Assembly: GCA_027923505.1 (NCBI GenBank)
Contig: BROI01000006.1
Location: 1,054,001-1,118,000, forward strand
Length of the DNA stretch: 64,000 nucleotides
Reading direction: 5' to 3'
Source of the DNA: Mayamaea pseudoterrestris
Lineage: Eukaryota
The notes beneath the pieces are model-generated. The model had not been told where the DNA came from and made no database searches. It worked only from the letters and a program-made list of their open reading frames with translations. How positions within the stretch are numbered: position 1 is the stretch's first letter; each line of letters begins with the position of its first letter. A program made the translations under genes and the position numbers. This document shows, in pieces, positions 1 to 11,843 of this stretch.

Positions 1-565
1 AATTGCTTGACATATCAGTTGGTTGGTTCTTGACTAGAATGCGAATTACGACAGAAGCCGCTTTTGTTGCGTCAACTAGCGATCCGATGGATTGGTGATT
101 ATACGGCATCCGGCTCAGCAAGCGATGCAGAATGAATTGAGCGTCGTCGTCACCGTCGCAGTCGAGCAAAAGTGGAAGACTCGCTGCTGCTGCGGCTGCA
201 TCGATATCTCTCTCGCTACAATTTTCTGCTTCATTTGCATATCTTTGCTGGTTGTCGAGTGCGACAAGCTGCTTGCAGAGCCGAGTCCAAATGAGGGCGT
301 TAATGTGAAGATAGTCGCCGCTGGCTTCACCATGACATGCTTGAAACCCCAACGGCCGAGCGACTCGCTGCAAGAGTCCTTCCGGCGTGACGCACTGCTG
401 GAGCGTGGCAATGAGACTGCTACTTGTACTGCTGCTGGAGCTTGTCGTTGTTGATAAAAGGTGCGTCGCTTGTCGGCGCGTGGTGCCGATCGGGCGAACA
501 ACAAGTGCACCAACACCGACATGCAGCAGCAATGAAAGCGTCACAGCGACGCTCGTCCTTCGCAT
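1..565 (-). CDS. AlkB-like 2OG-Fe(II) dioxygenase, 5' part of copy 1 (runs off the left edge)
   Basis: Identical to 2697-3261 (offset 2696); ATG at 565; hydrophobic N-terminus MRRTSVAVTLSLLLHVGVGA. Family assignment comes from the downstream sequence seen in copy 2. Confidence 0.6.
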   Translation of the reverse strand, partial: MRRTSVAVTLSLLLHVGVGALVVRPIGTTRRQATHLLSTTTSSSSSTSSSLIATLQQCVTPEGLLQRVARPLGFQACHGEASGDYLHINALIWTRLCKQLVALDNQQRYANEAENCSERDIDAAAAAASLPLLLDCDGDDDAQFILHRLLSRMPYNHQSIGSLVDATKAASVVIRILVKNQPTDMSSN

Positions 566-733
566 GATTGCAGCAGCCGTCTTTCTTTTGGACTATTAAA
601 ACAACAACTGCAGATGACAATGGTTCCTTTGCTAATCATAAAGTGTGATGAAGCGCATGAATGGCTCCGCCTTGGTCGAAAGGCGTTCAAACAGTAAATG
701 GCGACATGCGGCACAGTATCAACCTAATAAAAA

Positions 734-1128
734 ACGTCATGAGGCAATAGTACGAAACGAATGCCAGTGTCAATAACGTCACAAGGCAATAGTACGAAAC
801 AAGTGCCAGTGTCAATTACGTCACAAGGCAATAGTATTAAACGAGTGCCAGTGAAAACTGCGTCATAAGGCAATAGTACGAAACGAGTGCCAGTGAAAAC
901 TACGTCAGAAAGCAATAGTAAGAAAACGAGTGCCAGTGAAAACTACGTCACTAGGCAATATTGCGAAACGAGTGCCAGTGAAAACTGCGTCTCGTAGGCA
1001 ATAGTGTGAAACGAGTGCCAGTGAAAACTGCGTCGCAAGGCAATAGTACGAAACGAGTGCCAGTGTCAATTTCGTCACAGGGCAATAGTACGAAACGAGT
1101 GCCAGTGTCAATTTCGTCCCAAGGCAAT
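734..1128. repeat. 42-bp minisatellite, ~9.4 units, in the divergent AlkB/RluA promoter
   Basis: Unit AGGCAATAGTACGAAACGAGTGCCAGTG(AAAACTG/TCAATTA)CGTCACA starts at 742, 784, 826, 868 and onward. Confidence 0.97.
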
Positions 1129-1190
1129 GTATGGCCATTCACTTGTGCATTGCTTTACTTCCATCCTGCCATCAGGAACAGATTGAGATC

Positions 1191-2123
1191 ATGTTTAGCT
1201 TGCTGACAAGGTCTGGAAAACAAAGCGGAGTTTGCATCAATTACCGTCACTTCAGTCAAGCGATAGCGCAAAAAAAAAGCATCAGTCGAGAACCAGCAGC
1301 CGCACTGCCGACTCCGCAAGTTCTCTACACCAACAACCATTTGCTCGTCGTGAACAAGCCTCCAGGATGGCACAGCATGCCAGGCACTGATCGAAAGAGT
1401 ATTGTTTCGTATCTTCAGTCGCAGCGACTCGGTGGCGGCTCGCAAAACACTTACTTGACGCCACTCCATCGCATCGATCAGCCATGTTCGGGCGTGTTGA
1501 TGCTGGCCAAGACGAAACGCATCGCGCAACGAATACAATCGAACTGGAACAAGGCCGTCGTTCGAAAAATTTATTTTTGTGTCTTGGATGACTCGGTGAA
1601 TCTGGAGCGACTGGAGCAGGCATCATCGAAATGCGTCAATGACGAGTGGATGGAACTGACTGGATATCATTTGCCGACGCGTCAACAACATCAAGGCCAA
1701 ATGATTCATGGCACTGCGCCCAAAGGATGGTCCGTGACCATGGCACTGCATGTAAATGATGCGAATCAAGCTGATTGCATGCGAACCATTCAGTGGCGGC
1801 GAGCAGTTGTTGAAGACAGCAACGACACGAGCCGCAACAATACACTACTTGCCATTGAGACGCACCAAGGATCTCGACACATGATTCGAGCACTGCTGGG
1901 CATGGTGCAGTGTCCAATCGCCGGAGACGTTCGATATGGAGCAAGACGACCGCTGCCGGATTGGTCGGTCGCCCTTCATGCGAAACGATTGGACCTTTCG
2001 CCGGACTTGTCGCTGGGACAAGGGGACGCGCAACGAACGTTTGAAGCTAATATACCAAGGACTTGGTCTAGCTATTTTGGAATGCGAGAACAGAATGTAG
2101 AGAAAGGGTTCGGCACTTTGTGA
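1191..2123 (+). CDS. RluA/RluD-family RNA pseudouridine synthase, copy 1
   Basis: Motifs LLVVNKPPG, LHRIDQPCSG (catalytic Asp), GSRHMIRA, PIAGDVRYG and ALHA. ATG 1191 is preferred over 1131, which abuts the repeat. Confidence 0.9.
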   Translation: MFSLLTRSGKQSGVCINYRHFSQAIAQKKSISREPAAALPTPQVLYTNNHLLVVNKPPGWHSMPGTDRKSIVSYLQSQRLGGGSQNTYLTPLHRIDQPCSGVLMLAKTKRIAQRIQSNWNKAVVRKIYFCVLDDSVNLERLEQASSKCVNDEWMELTGYHLPTRQQHQGQMIHGTAPKGWSVTMALHVNDANQADCMRTIQWRRAVVEDSNDTSRNNTLLAIETHQGSRHMIRALLGMVQCPIAGDVRYGARRPLPDWSVALHAKRLDLSPDLSLGQGDAQRTFEANIPRTWSSYFGMREQNVEKGFGTL

Positions 2124-2166
2124 GCAGTGTATGCTGCATTGAGTGGCGTGAATCAAGTTGCTCAGG

Positions 2167-3261
2167 TCACAGGGTTGGCGACGGCCTGATCAAGCAGCAA
2201 TCGTAGTCAATGCCGAGTGGAATTTTCAACGCATCTCGCGTCGTTTGCACCAATGGTGACCAATCTTGCCGGCGCATGCTCTTGCCCGAGTACAGAAACG
2301 GGCCAACCGACGTTTCGCCCTGCCACGCCGTCCGCCGTCGTTCCAAAACGGGCAAGCCCTGGTTAGTCTTAATGGTTGCTTCATCGCCGCTTGCAAAGCT
2401 GACCTGCGACAAGAGGCTGTCGACGTTAAGATGAAGTGCACTGGGTCCCTCGTTTAATGCAACGTTTGCGCAAAGGTTTGGATGAATGCGAAACGGCAAG
2501 CCCAGCTCATGATAGGCTCGTTCAATGTGGCTTGGTACGAGAGGAAGCGAGTAATTGCCCCGTGAGGCACTCATCGAGCGTAAGCCCTCCAGCGCCCAAA
2601 ACAGTCCCGACAATTGGTGCGGTTCAAATGCTTTGAGCTGGTCGACTGTAACGTCACTCCAAAAGTTCATTAGTGGATATGTAATGGCTCGTAACCAATT
2701 GCTTGACATATCAGTTGGTTGGTTCTTGACTAGAATGCGAATTACGACAGAAGCCGCTTTTGTTGCGTCAACTAGCGATCCGATGGATTGGTGATTATAC
2801 GGCATCCGGCTCAGCAAGCGATGCAGAATGAATTGAGCGTCGTCGTCACCGTCGCAGTCGAGCAAAAGTGGAAGACTCGCTGCTGCTGCGGCTGCATCGA
2901 TATCTCTCTCGCTACAATTTTCTGCTTCATTTGCATATCTTTGCTGGTTGTCGAGTGCGACAAGCTGCTTGCAGAGCCGAGTCCAAATGAGGGCGTTAAT
3001 GTGAAGATAGTCGCCGCTGGCTTCACCATGACATGCTTGAAACCCCAACGGCCGAGCGACTCGCTGCAAGAGTCCTTCCGGCGTGACGCACTGCTGGAGC
3101 GTGGCAATGAGACTGCTACTTGTACTGCTGCTGGAGCTTGTCGTTGTTGATAAAAGGTGCGTCGCTTGTCGGCGCGTGGTGCCGATCGGGCGAACAACAA
3201 GTGCACCAACACCGACATGCAGCAGCAATGAAAGCGTCACAGCGACGCTCGTCCTTCGCAT
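2167..3261 (-). pseudogene. 3'-truncated AlkB-like (ALKBH2/3-type) dioxygenase, copy 2
   Basis: ERRRTAWQG...FLYSG...WSPLV...YDCCL matches the N-terminal half of the AlkB domain. It is cut at the duplication junction (~2185) before the HxD iron ligands and ends in the junction-derived RPSPTL*. Confidence 0.7.
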
Positions 3262-3429
3262 GATTGCAGCAGCCGTCTTTCTTTTGGACTATTAAAACAA
3301 CAACTGCAGATGACAATGGTTCCTTTGCTAATCATAAAGTGTGATGAAGCGCATGAATGGCTCCGCCTTGGTCGAAAGGCGTTCAAACAGTAAATGGCGA
3401 CATGCGGCACAGTATCAACCTAATAAAAA

Positions 3430-3824
3430 ACGTCATGAGGCAATAGTACGAAACGAATGCCAGTGTCAATAACGTCACAAGGCAATAGTACGAAACAAGT
3501 GCCAGTGTCAATTACGTCACAAGGCAATAGTATTAAACGAGTGCCAGTGAAAACTGCGTCATAAGGCAATAGTACGAAACGAGTGCCAGTGAAAACTACG
3601 TCAGAAAGCAATAGTAAGAAAACGAGTGCCAGTGAAAACTACGTCACTAGGCAATATTGCGAAACGAGTGCCAGTGAAAACTGCGTCTCGTAGGCAATAG
3701 TGTGAAACGAGTGCCAGTGAAAACTGCGTCGCAAGGCAATAGTACGAAACGAGTGCCAGTGTCAATTTCGTCACAGGGCAATAGTACGAAACGAGTGCCA
3801 GTGTCAATTTCGTCCCAAGGCAAT
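3430..3824. repeat. 42-bp minisatellite, duplicate of 734-1128
   Basis: Same sequence at +2696. Confidence 0.97.
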
Positions 3825-3886
3825 GTATGGCCATTCACTTGTGCATTGCTTTACTTCCATCCTGCCATCAGGAACAGATTGAGATC

Positions 3887-4819
3887 ATGTTTAGCTTGCT
3901 GACAAGGTCTGGAAAACAAAGCGGAGTTTGCATCAATTACCGTCACTTCAGTCAAGCGATAGCGCAAAAAAAAAGCATCAGTCGAGAACCAGCAGCCGCA
4001 CTGCCGACTCCGCAAGTTCTCTACACCAACAACCATTTGCTCGTCGTGAACAAGCCTCCAGGATGGCACAGCATGCCAGGCACTGATCGAAAGAGTATTG
4101 TTTCGTATCTTCAGTCGCAGCGACTCGGTGGCGGCTCGCAAAACACTTACTTGACGCCACTCCATCGCATCGATCAGCCATGTTCGGGCGTGTTGATGCT
4201 GGCCAAGACGAAACGCATCGCGCAACGAATACAATCGAACTGGAACAAGGCCGTCGTTCGAAAAATTTATTTTTGTGTCTTGGATGACTCGGTGAATCTG
4301 GAGCGACTGGAGCAGGCATCATCGAAATGCGTCAATGACGAGTGGATGGAACTGACTGGATATCATTTGCCGACGCGTCAACAACATCAAGGCCAAATGA
4401 TTCATGGCACTGCGCCCAAAGGATGGTCCGTGACCATGGCACTGCATGTAAATGATGCGAATCAAGCTGATTGCATGCGAACCATTCAGTGGCGGCGAGC
4501 AGTTGTTGAAGACAGCAACGACACGAGCCGCAACAATACACTACTTGCCATTGAGACGCACCAAGGATCTCGACACATGATTCGAGCACTGCTGGGCATG
4601 GTGCAGTGTCCAATCGCCGGAGACGTTCGATATGGAGCAAGACGACCGCTGCCGGATTGGTCGGTCGCCCTTCATGCGAAACGATTGGACCTTTCGCCGG
4701 ACTTGTCGCTGGGACAAGGGGACGCGCAACGAACGTTTGAAGCTAATATACCAAGGACTTGGTCTAGCTATTTTGGAATGCGAGAACAGAATGTAGAGAA
4801 AGGGTTCGGCACTTTGTGA
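3887..4819 (+). CDS. RluA/RluD-family pseudouridine synthase, copy 2
   Basis: Translation identical to copy 1. Confidence 0.9.
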   Translation: MFSLLTRSGKQSGVCINYRHFSQAIAQKKSISREPAAALPTPQVLYTNNHLLVVNKPPGWHSMPGTDRKSIVSYLQSQRLGGGSQNTYLTPLHRIDQPCSGVLMLAKTKRIAQRIQSNWNKAVVRKIYFCVLDDSVNLERLEQASSKCVNDEWMELTGYHLPTRQQHQGQMIHGTAPKGWSVTMALHVNDANQADCMRTIQWRRAVVEDSNDTSRNNTLLAIETHQGSRHMIRALLGMVQCPIAGDVRYGARRPLPDWSVALHAKRLDLSPDLSLGQGDAQRTFEANIPRTWSSYFGMREQNVEKGFGTL

Positions 4820-5264
4820 GCATTGTATGCTGCATTGGGTGGCGTGAATCAAGTTGCTCAGGTCACAGGGTTGGCGACGGCCTAGGTATATTGGTTTTCC
4901 ACTTGCCTGCATCGACTATCTGTTCTACATGAGCGTTTACCAACTACGATGATTTGATGGATGAAGCGCAAACAGATCAATACAGTGATGTCTCGTTGCA
5001 AAGCATATTGCCTGTGGGCGATGGAAACACATGCTGCACCTTCAAAACAAATATCTAATACTTTTCGCGGTCTTTATAATACTAGCCATTCATGGCATCC
5101 ATTGATTTAGCATTTAGCTTATTGACAAACACATGTATTGTCAACTCCTATTACGAAAACTTGAACGAGCATATGAACTGCTTTCTTCGAGTTGCCAACA
5201 TTAGACTTTGTAACCGAAGTCCCACGCGAAGCTGAATAAAAAACGTGCATTGAAACCGCTGCAA

Positions 5265-7797
5265 TCATTGCAGTCCGTAGGTATTGGACATTGTCTCGAG
5301 AATGTCACGAATCCGATTTGGAAAGTGATCGGTACCCTGTATGGTATTTATATATTTTAGCCCGGCAAACGCGCAGCACAAGCTCCACTCAACAACAATT
5401 TACAAATCTTACCATTGTTGAACTAACAATAATCTCGTTCAAATCGTCATTCTCAACTCGTACAGGTGTATACTCGAATCCAACGTTGCTCGTCCAGCAA
5501 GTGAGACACTTTTGGACGCCTCGGATGAAGGACTGCTGCTCTCCTGTTTTGACCAGATGTACAATCTTGCCTGGCGGAAAGAGTCGTACATCACGCAGCG
5601 ATCCTCTGGATAGTCGCCGCTCTCTTTGAATTGCCTTGAACCGTTCCAAACGCCGTCTGTAGTCAGAGTCAGGAACATGGTCAGGATCGAATAGAATGTC
5701 GTCAAGTGATGCGTTTTGTAATAGTCGTTCGACAATCTCAATCTTCGGAACCTTGATGAGACCAAATAGCTCGAGAACTTCGTCGCGCAAGCTCTCCATT
5801 GAGTCCCTGTTCAGACGCGATAACAAGTCCGTGTCGAGGATGAAGGACGAGCACCAGTCATGGCAGCTCGTTGCCATTTCCCATGTCAAGCAGCAGCCTG
5901 GAGGACCGTAATTGACACATCGTAGGCTCGGAAACGTTGGTCGCAGCATAAAGCCCAAAATAGTGCAGGTCGCAGCACCCAAGCTGTGACCGACCAATCG
6001 AAGCGTATAATCCGGATAAGAAGCATCTTCTCCGCTTAGAAGATGCTCAAGCAGACGATGTCGCTGCAAATCTCGGTACACGTTGCGTACGCATGCCAAG
6101 GTGCCACCATGGCCATATTGATTCTTGCCGTCAAAACCGAATTCGCGTCCAAGCTCGTCCAGCGGCTCGGGATCTATTAAAACATCCGTCACGACATCCT
6201 CCAAGCTAAACGTCCCTCGAATCGAGACAACGACGGACCGCCACTCGTGGTCCAGCAATATGCAGTATGGGTTCTCGGTAAACCCGCTTCGCAGCTGTGC
6301 ATACACCAAGTCTGCACTTTGTAAACCAGCTGTCAGCAGCAATGCGTGTTTATGCATTTGGCAAATATTATCGTCATCTATCCGGCCTTGATGCGTAAAG
6401 AGTCGTCGCGATGAAGGATTTTGCTGCTGTTGTCGCTTCTCGTCGTGGCAACAAGCGCAACACCCTCTCCAAGCCAAATGTGCCATGCCAGTAATTGGTC
6501 GCTCGTAAACGTATAGTACCCATGTGTAGATTGCCAGCGCATACTTGGCATATCGTGCACCTTCCTCCAGTATCCTCATATCCTCAGCGCATTGTGGATC
6601 AAGCACCGATCGAGCAAGTTGTTGCACCGAACCTTGCGAGTTTCTCCGAAAGATGGATCGCGGCGTGACGCTCCTCACCTGCTGCGCCGGTGGCATGGAG
6701 TCTTCCAAAGGCAAAAGCACTCTGTCGCCCACAAGAACAGCATTCTCATCAGACGGGCCTGCATGTTCAAGCGCAGCGACATCACCAATTGTTCTGGATG
6801 ACACATACTGCAGCCTCGCATTTCGTATTCTCTGCCGCTGCAACTTTTGCAACACCACCAGCCCTGCGATAATATCCGACGGTACTAGATCCAAAACACC
6901 TCTCGTTTCTAAATAGTCCGCCAGTGCTCGCGCAACGTCTCCAAAGGCATCCGACGATCCTTGTCCAAGCAAATCGCGACCGCCAAACAAAAAGCAACTC
7001 GCATAGCTCAAACAGTGACATGCATTGGCGCATCGCTCCGCCCACATTTCCTCCACGAGCTCGTGATTGGTCATGTGAATGGGCAAGAAATCATCGTTAT
7101 GGCTGCCGCCGCCGCCATGCTGCTCCGCGTCGAGTAGAGCGTCAAAGACAATCTCTTGCTGAAACAAGTGCAGCAAATAGGCCGCCGTCAAGATTAGCTC
7201 TAGGAGTTGCGTCGCGAGTAGCATGCCAAACGCAAAGACCCATAGTTTCCACCTCGTTGCATTGTCGTTTGCTGTAGTCGTGTCGTCGTCGTCTGTTCCA
7301 TCGTCTCCATTGCCATCAAAAGTAGCCGTTATACACTGACGATAGTTTGGAGCGTATCCGACAAGAGTCACCATTCCAATCATCCAAGCTGCAAGCAATC
7401 CCAAGGAATATGGAACAAGCTTCAATTGCAGCAGCTTGGTCACCTTGCTTGTGCGTGGCTCCAACACTGTGGGACAGCCTTGTCGACTCCAGTGCGCCAG
7501 CTTGTACTCGAGCAGCATGCCGGCGAGAGTGACAATGGCACTCATGATGGCGTAGATGAACAGCAATTGGAAGAATTGGTTTGCATATATGAAACAGTCG
7601 TCTATACTATTGCTTGCTGCATCATTGTTGCTGCTATTGTATGAATCATGCTGCCGCTGTTGATGAATGCGATGAAGAATGGGAATGAGCAAAAGCGTCA
7701 ATTGAGCGGCCCGAAGACAGACTGACAAAAGCGCGGCAGGCTGCAGGTCGTCACCAGCTAGAAAGGTTCGTCGCTGAAAGAGGATAATGGCCGGCAT
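5265..7797 (-). CDS. Sn1-diacylglycerol-lipase-like protein (N-terminal TM helices + lipase class 3), copy 1; exons 7797-5413 and 5336-5265
   Basis: About four hydrophobic helices, DLVPSDIIAGL, VVSIRGTFSLED, GHSLGA nucleophile elbow, LFPPGKIVHL. A GT-AG intron at 5337-5412 yields a last exon GTDHFPNRIRDILETMSNTYGLQ* that supplies the catalytic His. Confidence 0.9.
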
Positions 7798-8061
7798 GAT
7801 GTATAATGCTGTGGTTCAAAAGAGATGGAAGCGCGCAGATTCATCCATGGCCGATTTCGCGTCACAAGTGTATCACGGTACGACGTAAGACTGACGGTGC
7901 GACTTCAAATTTAGCTTATTGACAAACACATGTATTGTCAACTCCTATTACGAAAACTTGAACGAGCATATGAACTGCTTTCTTCGAGTTGCCAACATTA
8001 GACTTTGTAACCGAAGTCCCACGCGAAGCTGAATAAAAAACGTGCATTGAAACCGCTGCAA

Positions 8062-10594
8062 TCATTGCAGTCCGTAGGTATTGGACATTGTCTCGAGAAT
8101 GTCACGAATCCGATTTGGAAAGTGATCGGTACCCTGTATGGTATTTATATATTTTAGCCCGGCAAACGCGCAGCACAAGCTCCACTCAACAACAATTTAC
8201 AAATCTTACCATTGTTGAACTAACAATAATCTCGTTCAAATCGTCATTCTCAACTCGTACAGGTGTATACTCGAATCCAACGTTGCTCGTCCAGCAAGTG
8301 AGACACTTTTGGACGCCTCGGATGAAGGACTGCTGCTCTCCTGTTTTGACCAGATGTACAATCTTGCCTGGCGGAAAGAGTCGTACATCACGCAGCGATC
8401 CTCTGGATAGTCGCCGCTCTCTTTGAATTGCCTTGAACCGTTCCAAACGCCGTCTGTAGTCAGAGTCAGGAACATGGTCAGGATCGAATAGAATGTCGTC
8501 AAGTGATGCGTTTTGTAATAGTCGTTCGACAATCTCAATCTTCGGAACCTTGATGAGACCAAATAGCTCGAGAACTTCGTCGCGCAAGCTCTCCATTGAG
8601 TCCCTGTTCAGACGCGATAACAAGTCCGTGTCGAGGATGAAGGACGAGCACCAGTCATGGCAGCTCGTTGCCATTTCCCATGTCAAGCAGCAGCCTGGAG
8701 GACCGTAATTGACACATCGTAGGCTCGGAAACGTTGGTCGCAGCATAAAGCCCAAAATAGTGCAGGTCGCAGCACCCAAGCTGTGACCGACCAATCGAAG
8801 CGTATAATCCGGATAAGAAGCATCTTCTCCGCTTAGAAGATGCTCAAGCAGACGATGTCGCTGCAAATCTCGGTACACGTTGCGTACGCATGCCAAGGTG
8901 CCACCATGGCCATATTGATTCTTGCCGTCAAAACCGAATTCGCGTCCAAGCTCGTCCAGCGGCTCGGGATCTATTAAAACATCCGTCACGACATCCTCCA
9001 AGCTAAACGTCCCTCGAATCGAGACAACGACGGACCGCCACTCGTGGTCCAGCAATATGCAGTATGGGTTCTCGGTAAACCCGCTTCGCAGCTGTGCATA
9101 CACCAAGTCTGCACTTTGTAAACCAGCTGTCAGCAGCAATGCGTGTTTATGCATTTGGCAAATATTATCGTCATCTATCCGGCCTTGATGCGTAAAGAGT
9201 CGTCGCGATGAAGGATTTTGCTGCTGTTGTCGCTTCTCGTCGTGGCAACAAGCGCAACACCCTCTCCAAGCCAAATGTGCCATGCCAGTAATTGGTCGCT
9301 CGTAAACGTATAGTACCCATGTGTAGATTGCCAGCGCATACTTGGCATATCGTGCACCTTCCTCCAGTATCCTCATATCCTCAGCGCATTGTGGATCAAG
9401 CACCGATCGAGCAAGTTGTTGCACCGACCCTTGCGAGTTCCTCCGAAAGATGGATCGCGGCGTGACGCTCCTCACCTGCTGCGCCGGTGGCATGGAGTCT
9501 TCCAAAGGCAAAAGCACTCTGTCGCCCACAAGAACAGCATTCTCATCAGACGGGCCTGCATGTTCAAGCGCAGCGACATCACCAATTGTTCTGGATGACA
9601 CATACTGCAGCCTCGCATTTCGTATTCTCTGCCGCTGCAACTTTTGCAACACCACCAGCCCTGCGATAATATCCGACGGTACTAGATCCAAAACACCTCT
9701 CGTTTCTAAATAGTCCGCCAGTGCTCGCGCAACGTCTCCAAAGGCATCCGACGATCCTTGTCCAAGCAAATCGCGACCGCCAAACAAAAAGCAACTCGCA
9801 TAGCTCAAACAGTGACATGCATTGGCGCATCGCTCCGCCCACATTTCCTCCACGAGCTCGTGATTGGTCATGTGAATGGGCAAGAAATCATCGTTATGGC
9901 TGCCGCCGCCGCCATGCTGCTCCGCGTCGAGTAGAGCGTCAAAGACAATCTCTTGCTGAAACAAGTGCAGCAAATAGGCCGCCGTCAAGATTAGCTCTAG
10001 GAGTTGCGTCGCGAGTAGCATGCCAAACGCAAAGACCCATAGTTTCCACCTCGTTGCATTGTCGTTTGCTGTAGTCGTGTCGTCGTCGTCTGTTCCATCG
10101 TCTCCATTGCCATCAAAAGTAGCCGTTATACACTGACGATAGTTTGGAGCGTATCCGACAAGAGTCACCATTCCAATCATCCAAGCTGCAAGCAATCCCA
10201 AGGAATATGGAACAAGCTTCAATTGCAGCAGCTTGGTCACCTTGCTTGTGCGTGGCTCCAACACTGTGGGACAGCCTTGTCGACTCCAGTGCGCCAGCTT
10301 GTACTCGAGCAGCATGCCGGCGAGAGTGACAATGGCACTCATGATGGCGTAGATGAACAGCAATTGGAAGAATTGGTTTGCATATATGAAACAGTCGTCT
10401 ATACTATTGCTTGCTGCATCATTGTTGCTGCTATTGTATGAATCATGCTGCCGCTGTTGATGAATGCGATGAAGAATGGGAATGAGCAAAAGCGTCAATT
10501 GAGCGGCCCGAAGACAGACTGACAAAAGCGCGGCAGGCTGCAGGTCGTCACCAGCTAGAAAGGTTCGTCGCTGAAAGAGGATAATGGCCGGCAT
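8062..10594 (-). CDS. DAG-lipase-like protein, copy 2 (complete)
   Basis: Same protein as copy 1; only two synonymous differences noticed. Confidence 0.9.
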
Positions 10595-10710
10595 GATGTA
10601 TAATGCTGTGGTTCAAAAGAGATGGAAGCGCGCAGATTCATCCATGGCCGATCTCGCGTCACAAGTGTATCACGGTACGACGTGAAACTCACGGTGCGAC
10701 TTCAAACAGT

Positions 10711-11677
10711 GAGCAACCATCGTATTAAAAGACGCCGGCCGATCCTTTTTTGATACCGTTCTGCATCGAGCCGGGCGAGACCCATTCACAATTTGTGTCG
10801 GCTTGGACAATTTTTCACTGTCAATGACGACACGATGCACGGTACTCGTACAAGTACAGTCCAGCAGTCCAGGCCTCGTATGCAGTACTTCAAATAAAGT
10901 TTTTAAGCTTTCAAAGCGTACAATTGATTAAACGCAATAGATCTATCAAGTATGTGAAGCGGCATCTAATGGTGTAATTAGTTTTGTAATACGAGGCGTT
11001 TGGTCCCGCTGCTGCTGCATCATTGGACGAGTTGCATCTGGTCCTTCCCCATCGCAGTTGCAGCCGCTCTTTAATGTGCTAATCTCCTAATTCCTATATT
11101 ATACACTTGCAACTTGCTTCTATACTTCGTATAGGATAGGTATCACATAAAAGATTGACTTGAATCCTTTGTTTAGCGCTTTAGCACGTCGTGCCGATGC
11201 AGGTCAGTGGTCAATAACAGCTGTCGGAACGAACCTCGAACCTTACTGGGAAAATCGAGAGATGCCTGTGCGTTGTAAAGTAATGATGACCGGGATGTGA
11301 GTGTTAAGCATTAATGCATTGTTTTGGCAGTCAACAAACTGCATCAACAAGGCGGTTGACGGTTGACGTCGTGAACCGACCAGCCTCAGCCAAATTTTGG
11401 TGAGATATTGACAGAACCAACTAGTTACGCACCAATTTTAATGCACAGTCAAAGGTTGCTTACCTATGCTGTTGCATTATCAATCACCATCCAGAATTGT
11501 AACAGTTGTAAAGGTTTTGTTTCCCATCGTCAACGATGCAGCTGCCGCAGTTTTGTGGCAACCATCAATCCGACGGTCGGTCCTTCAACGGAAGTTGATT
11601 TGCGTCGGCAGTTTTAAATATGAACGGACAAAATAAGATACTGGCATGGCCGGCGTCTTTTAATACGATGGGTCCTC
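10711..11677. mobile_element. Putative non-autonomous TIR element (MITE-like), ~0.97 kb
   Basis: Perfect 24-bp inverted repeat CCATCGTATTAAAAGACGCCGGCC at 10717-10740 and 11648-11671, extendable to 30 bp with 2 mismatches. No long ORF inside and no clear target-site duplication. Confidence 0.65.
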
Positions 11678-11843
11678 GCCCTATCGGATCTACCGTACCG
11701 GTATGACGAGACGCACGAGGGTATGCATAGTGTATTCAAACCTTGTATCTCGCGTGTGTTAATTTATTTTGTTTATGAAATTATAGTGAGCGTTCATGTG
11801 CAGAGACGCAAGGGACGATTTCAATCGTCGAGTGCCTCGTGGT

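Larger units (their letters stand above)
1..4881. repeat. Tandem segmental duplication 1, period 2696 bp (copy A <1-2185, copy B 2186-4881)
   Basis: The ORF set repeats at +2696. Junction ...GGCGACGGCCT|GATCAAG at ~2185, versus ...GGCGACGGCCT|AGGTAT at the end of copy B. Confidence 0.97.
5112..10706. repeat. Tandem segmental duplication 2, period 2797 bp (5112-7908 / 7909-10706)
   Basis: Junction GACTTCAA|ATTTAGCTT at ~7909; the 802-aa ORF repeats at +2797. Confidence 0.97.

Noticed and set aside
734..1128. 42-bp array as a CRISPR array
   Set aside because: Units are head-to-tail with no unique spacers, there are no cas genes, and the context is eukaryotic.
724..1142. ORFs with a 14-aa repeat (DAVFTGTRFVLLPC)
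   Set aside because: By-product of the 42-bp period; interrupted by frameshifts and stops.
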